A stretch of 56,837 bases of DNA, counting the filler, from Porpidia crustulata (Eukaryota): NCBI GenBank assembly GCA_964255105.1. It is 4 parts of 4 records of this genome, joined end to end, with 100 filler letters (N's around TTAATTAATTAA, not from the genome) between each part and the next. Parts side by side here need not be neighbours in the genome. Positions count along the whole stretch, not along the records: positions 42,722 to 56,837 come from CAXUWE010000394.1; 3 more parts are not named here. One strand, written 5' to 3'. Every line of letters begins with the position of its first letter. Position 1 is the stretch's first letter. The translations under genes and the position numbers were made by a program. The notes beneath the pieces were generated by a model. It did no database searches. It saw only the letters and a list, made by a program, of their open reading frames with translations, and was not told the DNA's origin. Positions 52,489 through 56,837 of the stretch are shown piece after piece.

Positions 52489-53585
52489 GATTTCCGTCGT
52501 GAGCCACAACGGTGGAGTACTGTCACAAACGAAATGCCCTCATGATGCTGAGGCATCGACTCCTTATGACCTTGGGCCATGACCTCGGCGGTGGAATGAG
52601 GTACGGCTGCCATAGAACACGCTGTACTTACCACGGTAGTGATTGGATGTGGAAACTAGGCGCAATGGGGTTCCTGCCAGGACGAGATACGGGAACAAGC
52701 ATCTCCTCCTCCGAAGGCTCGGATGATAGGTAAGATGCAAATCATCCTCTACAGGCTTTCCAAACGAATCAGCGTGACACATGGATAGCTGAAGACGATC
52801 GCCGGGCGACTGTCGATATCAGGTGGACGTCCGTGCCGGTTCTATAATAAACGTGCAGTTGATGCCGACCTCGAGTGGCTACCCCACGATCTGCAACGCT
52901 ATGACAGGATAGCGCAGCATGGATCTCCTGCAGTAGATTCGGATGCTTCCTTGATGCTTGCGAGTTGCGACCTTCCCCATCTGAAGGACATACGTGTTCT
53001 CTCCATCGTCGACCAGTCACGCCGACTAAGGTACGGTCTGATCATCAAAAAGTCACTTGCAAACTGTATCTCAACCTGCGAATAGCATATTCTGAATAAT
53101 TAGACCTCCCAAATAAATATAGCATTGCGCCAAAGAAGATGTCCGGTCGTCCTCCAAACCTCGTTTAACTCGTATACCATTAGAACCAATGGAAGATAGA
53201 GTAGGCTTTAACATTTTCAAGCCATCATCCATAGCCTGCGAATATACAACGTATCCGGGGAATCAATTGTTAATACGTGACGTTTGACTATACTCAAGTC
53301 GACATCGTTTATGATCAGTATATCTGTTTTAAATTCTAGTATGTTTTCCCTCTGAATCAATAATGATCTGAATATATGAGTCGAAAGACAGATAGATAGA
53401 TGAGTAATTGATTAGATGCTTAAGCAGATGCTTGAGCACGTAATTGAGTAATTGATCAAACAGGTGAAAATTTGCTGAGTTAGGAGCCGGATGTTCTGAC
53501 ATTGAAAATCAGACGTTAGCAGGGGGGCTAAGCGAGTGTACTAACAGTTGTTCCCCCGGATACCGTAGTATGTAGCTGGTCTAGC

Positions 53586-53855
53586 CCACAGGGGTGCCAA
53601 AAGTCAGTGGAGTCAGCCCTACCCAGGCATCTCCAGCCCCATCAAAACATTGAATAGCTATTTACATGAAGCCGTCATCATAAATCGACTTTCAGAGGCC
53701 TATCATCAAATTTTATTGGACGAACGCATCGCCAGGCTTGAATGCGTGCCCGTATTTCCTCCATGTTAATTTGGTCTCATTCGAATTCGATGTTTTATTG
53801 AGACTGAAGATGCCTGGGTAGGGCTGACTCCACTGACTTTTGGCCACTCCTGTGG
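53586..53855. mobile_element. ~270-bp inverted-repeat element (MITE-like)
   Basis: Perfect 37-bp inverted repeat (53596-53632 vs 53808-53844), extending with mismatches to ~70-bp arms around a ~130-bp spacer. Confidence 0.7.
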
Positions 53856-54396
53856 CCCATCGGCCCCCAACGAGCATACATATCCACAATAGCTTTTGGA
53901 GGCTATAAGAATGTTCGTATCATGACAGCGGTTGAAACTGAAGAACGGAGACCGGTGAATAGGGTATTCGACAGACTGCTGAGAGTATAATCCCAAGGGC
54001 GTGGTTTGTCAATTCGTGCAATCTCTATCTCGAACTCAGCGCTGTCACCGAAGCGAAGGAGATGGCACGAAATCTAATGTTGCAAAAGTGACTTCAAAGA
54101 AAATAAGTAAAGTGTTAGTATCGCTCAACAGTGCTGCTTGACTCTTTGAGTAATATAGTCAAGAGCTTTTACCCTAACCCTAATCTTGCTGGTCTTATCT
54201 CCGTAAATCCCTCCCGCCTTACAAGGACGACGTTTCAGCCCCCGCCGCATGTCTAGAAGCAGCGGCTGAGCTGAAGCTTGACTTGTGAGAACAGACTCTC
54301 ACATTTTCTTCCCCTTTCCCGTGGTGCCGTGCAGGCTCATTAGGATATACATACTCATAGTTGACATCATTCGAGCTGTAGAGAACTCAATTGGCC

Positions 54397-56837
54397 ATGT
54401 CCTTGTCCGTCAATGATCCTCGTTCGCGGGGCCGCTCCAAGTCCCCCGGCCGCCGAGACGAACGGTCGAGATCTCGCGACATTCGCGCGCCCTCTCCAGC
54501 TGCAAAGCCTAAAAAGTCATACAAAGAATCTTCCCAAAAGTCTTCCAAAAAATACTACGACGACGATAGCGACAGTGAATCGGATCCAAGGTCAAGAAAG
54601 AAGTCCTCCAAGAAATACCACAGTGACGAAGATAGCGATGAGGTCCGAAAGTCTAAGAAGTCTGCCAAAAAGTACTACAATGACGACGACAGCGATGAGA
54701 CCAGGAAGCCTAAGAAATCTTCAAGAAAGTACTATGAAGATGATGACGAGGAAAGTGAGAGCAGCAGCAGCAGCGACAGCGACGATCGGCGTAAGAGACA
54801 TGGGCGTTCCAAACCAAAGTACGAGGTCGCTGAGCCGAAGCACCGGCGTACCTCGTCTCCGGACAATCATTCTGTAGCGGTTGCCCGTAAAGCCGAGTAC
54901 AAACAGTCCTCACATCCTCAATATGACCGTGACCACCGTGAAGAAAGGCACCCCAACTATGCATCGCCTGACCGGTACGAGCACGGGAAGTCTGGCGAAA
55001 GCGTGAGACCTGGGGGATACACAAGGCACTTGAGTTCAAGCAGCAACGATGGGCATGGTCACGGACAGCCTGGATATGCTGTTCCTGGGCAATACAAATG
55101 GGAACATGATCAACCATCGGAAGGTTTTGACCGTGGCATTGGCGGAATTTCACATTCAGGTCCGGATACGACCCGAAATTTGTCCATGAGCGGAAACTTC
55201 AATATGAATCTTGGCAATTCGCACGTTCCACAACAGCAATTCATACCTCCAGTTTCAAATCAGTACGCCCCCCAGCCGATCTCGCCCAAACATGATCAAC
55301 CGCCATATGGGTACCCCCAAGCACCCCCGACCTCCCGACCTGAAAGTCAAAGAGTTCATTCTGGATCTCTAAGCTCGACAACCGGAAATTACCAATATGC
55401 GGACCTATCGCAGCAGATTGCCTATGCCTCTAAGAGTGATGGTCGGAAGCCTAGCTACACCCAAAGCGCCCAGCCCCAATTCATAGAAGCCAAGCCTCAT
55501 AGTGCCTCATTGTACGCCCAAGAGATTACGCCAAAACTACATCGGCTTTCTGTTTCAGGTGGTACCTCTGGTGGACTCACGGTTGGAGGACCGGGGCAAC
55601 GTCGCCCTTCAATGTCGGGTGGAAAGCCCCCTGGAAGTCCTTTGCTGGAAGCTTACCATGGAACGTACCAGTCAATATCGCCTATGCCTTCTCCGATGAT
55701 GCTTCCATCGAATATGGACGACGGGCTATCCGACCTGGAACCACTCTCATCTCAGTACTCCTCAGATGACTCACATACAATACATCCTAAAAAAGCTGGC
55801 TTCAAAAAGCGCGTTTCCTTCTATGACCCAGAGCCTGATGCTCTCGCTCTTGCAGCTGCCTTGAAGCACTCGAAGCCCGACTCTGGACCCGTTATCTCAG
55901 TGCTGCCGCATCTTTCACATGACCACATCCTAGAGCTGAGAACAGAGTACAAGAAGCATATTAAAACAAACGGTAAAGGAATCAACATTGCCAAGCACAT
56001 CAAATTGAAAGTACCCGGAAATCTCGGCAAAGTTGCTTACGCAGTTGCTCTCGGCCGCTGGGAAAGTGAAGCTCACTGGGCTAACTTCTGGTACCAAGCC
56101 AATACTTCTAGACGAGAGCTACTCATTGAGAGCCTTATGGGGCGTACAAACAGTGAGATTGTCAAGATTAAAGATGCCTTCAGCGATAAGCGGTACAATG
56201 ACAGTCTGGAAAAATGCATGCAGACAGAGCTGAAGAAGGACAAGTTCCGTAATGCGGTTCTGCTCGCTCTGGAAGAGAAACGCATGGATGAAAGTGAGAA
56301 ACTCTCTCTTGATCTAGTTCGCAGGGATGTGCAAAACCTTTACAAAGCTTTGATGTCCAAGGAGGGAGGGGAAACGGCCATGATCGACATCATCGTCGTG
56401 CGGAGCGACAACCACCTGCGCGAAGTTCTCCGCGTCTTCGAAGGCAATTACCACAAAAACTTCGCGCGCGAAATGATTCAAAAGTCCAGGAACTTGGTGG
56501 TAACGTAGCCCCCTTTATCCTCATTCCCCCCAAGAAAAGTTTCCCCATCAATCTAACCCGCCGCAACAACAGGGCGAAACGCTCGCACACATCCTCAACG
56601 GCGTCCTCAACCGGCCCGTGCGCGACGCCTTGCTCCTCCACCAAGCTCTGGCCGAGACGTCCAAAGACCGCACCGAACTGCTGGTCAGCCGCCTCGTTCG
56701 ATTCCATTGGGAACCGAGGCACCTGGAAAAGATCAAAGTGGAGTATAAGCGCAAGTATGGGTCTAGGCTGGAGCATGATATTGAAGCGGGTACGAAGGGG
56801 GATTTTGGGGAGTTTTGTGTGGAGTTGTGTAAGGGGG
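54397..56837 (+). CDS. ANXC4: Fungal annexin C4-type protein, 3' end cut by the window
   Basis: Long low-complexity N-terminus, then KKRVSFYDPEPDA, ILELRTEYK, INIAKHIK, RRELLIESLMGRTN, GGETAMIDIIVVRSD, an intron, and GETLAHILNGVLNRPVRDA..GDFGEFC. Confidence 0.9.

Noticed and set aside
53380..53460. Short degenerate repeats (GAGTAATTGAT, AGATGCTT) in an AT-rich patch
   Set aside because: Too short and irregular to call an array; probably a mutated repeat remnant. No CRISPR-like repeat-spacer structure was seen anywhere in the window.
54171..54183. ACCCTAACCCTAA telomere-like motif upstream of the annexin
   Set aside because: Only two units; common in fungal promoters and not a chromosome end.

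Overview
Eukaryotic DNA from a filamentous ascomycete (Pezizomycotina-type genes with GT-AG introns and CT(A/G)AC branch sites). It is not one locus. Four unrelated contigs of descending length (1-14148, 14249-28395, 28496-42621, 42722-56837) are joined by artificial 100-nt N44-TTAATTAATTAA-N44 spacers. Contigs 1, 2 and 4 carry mostly ordinary genes: a P450, CTF8, HPPD, a Gyp5-like RabGAP, a rhodopsin/PTH11-like protein, MTG2/Obg, an AKTIP-like inactive UBC protein, a vWA-like protein, a TOK K+ channel, a non-core septin, a Vps62-like protein and annexin C4. Contig 4 also holds a decayed amidase and a MITE-like hairpin. Contig 3 is accessory. After a PTH11-like gene it carries a degraded DUF3435-type tyrosine recombinase (Starship captain) that the ORF track shows only as fragments. 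Downstream lie a decayed gene fragment, a convergent MYB/SANT gene, kinase relics, a winged-helix/TPR NLR-like pseudogene, a GNAT gene with a broken splice acceptor, and Tc1/mariner-type MITE ends. The best reading is a derelict, RIP-mutated Starship. Family assignments come from motif recognition by eye, not database searches, and exon boundaries are manual.
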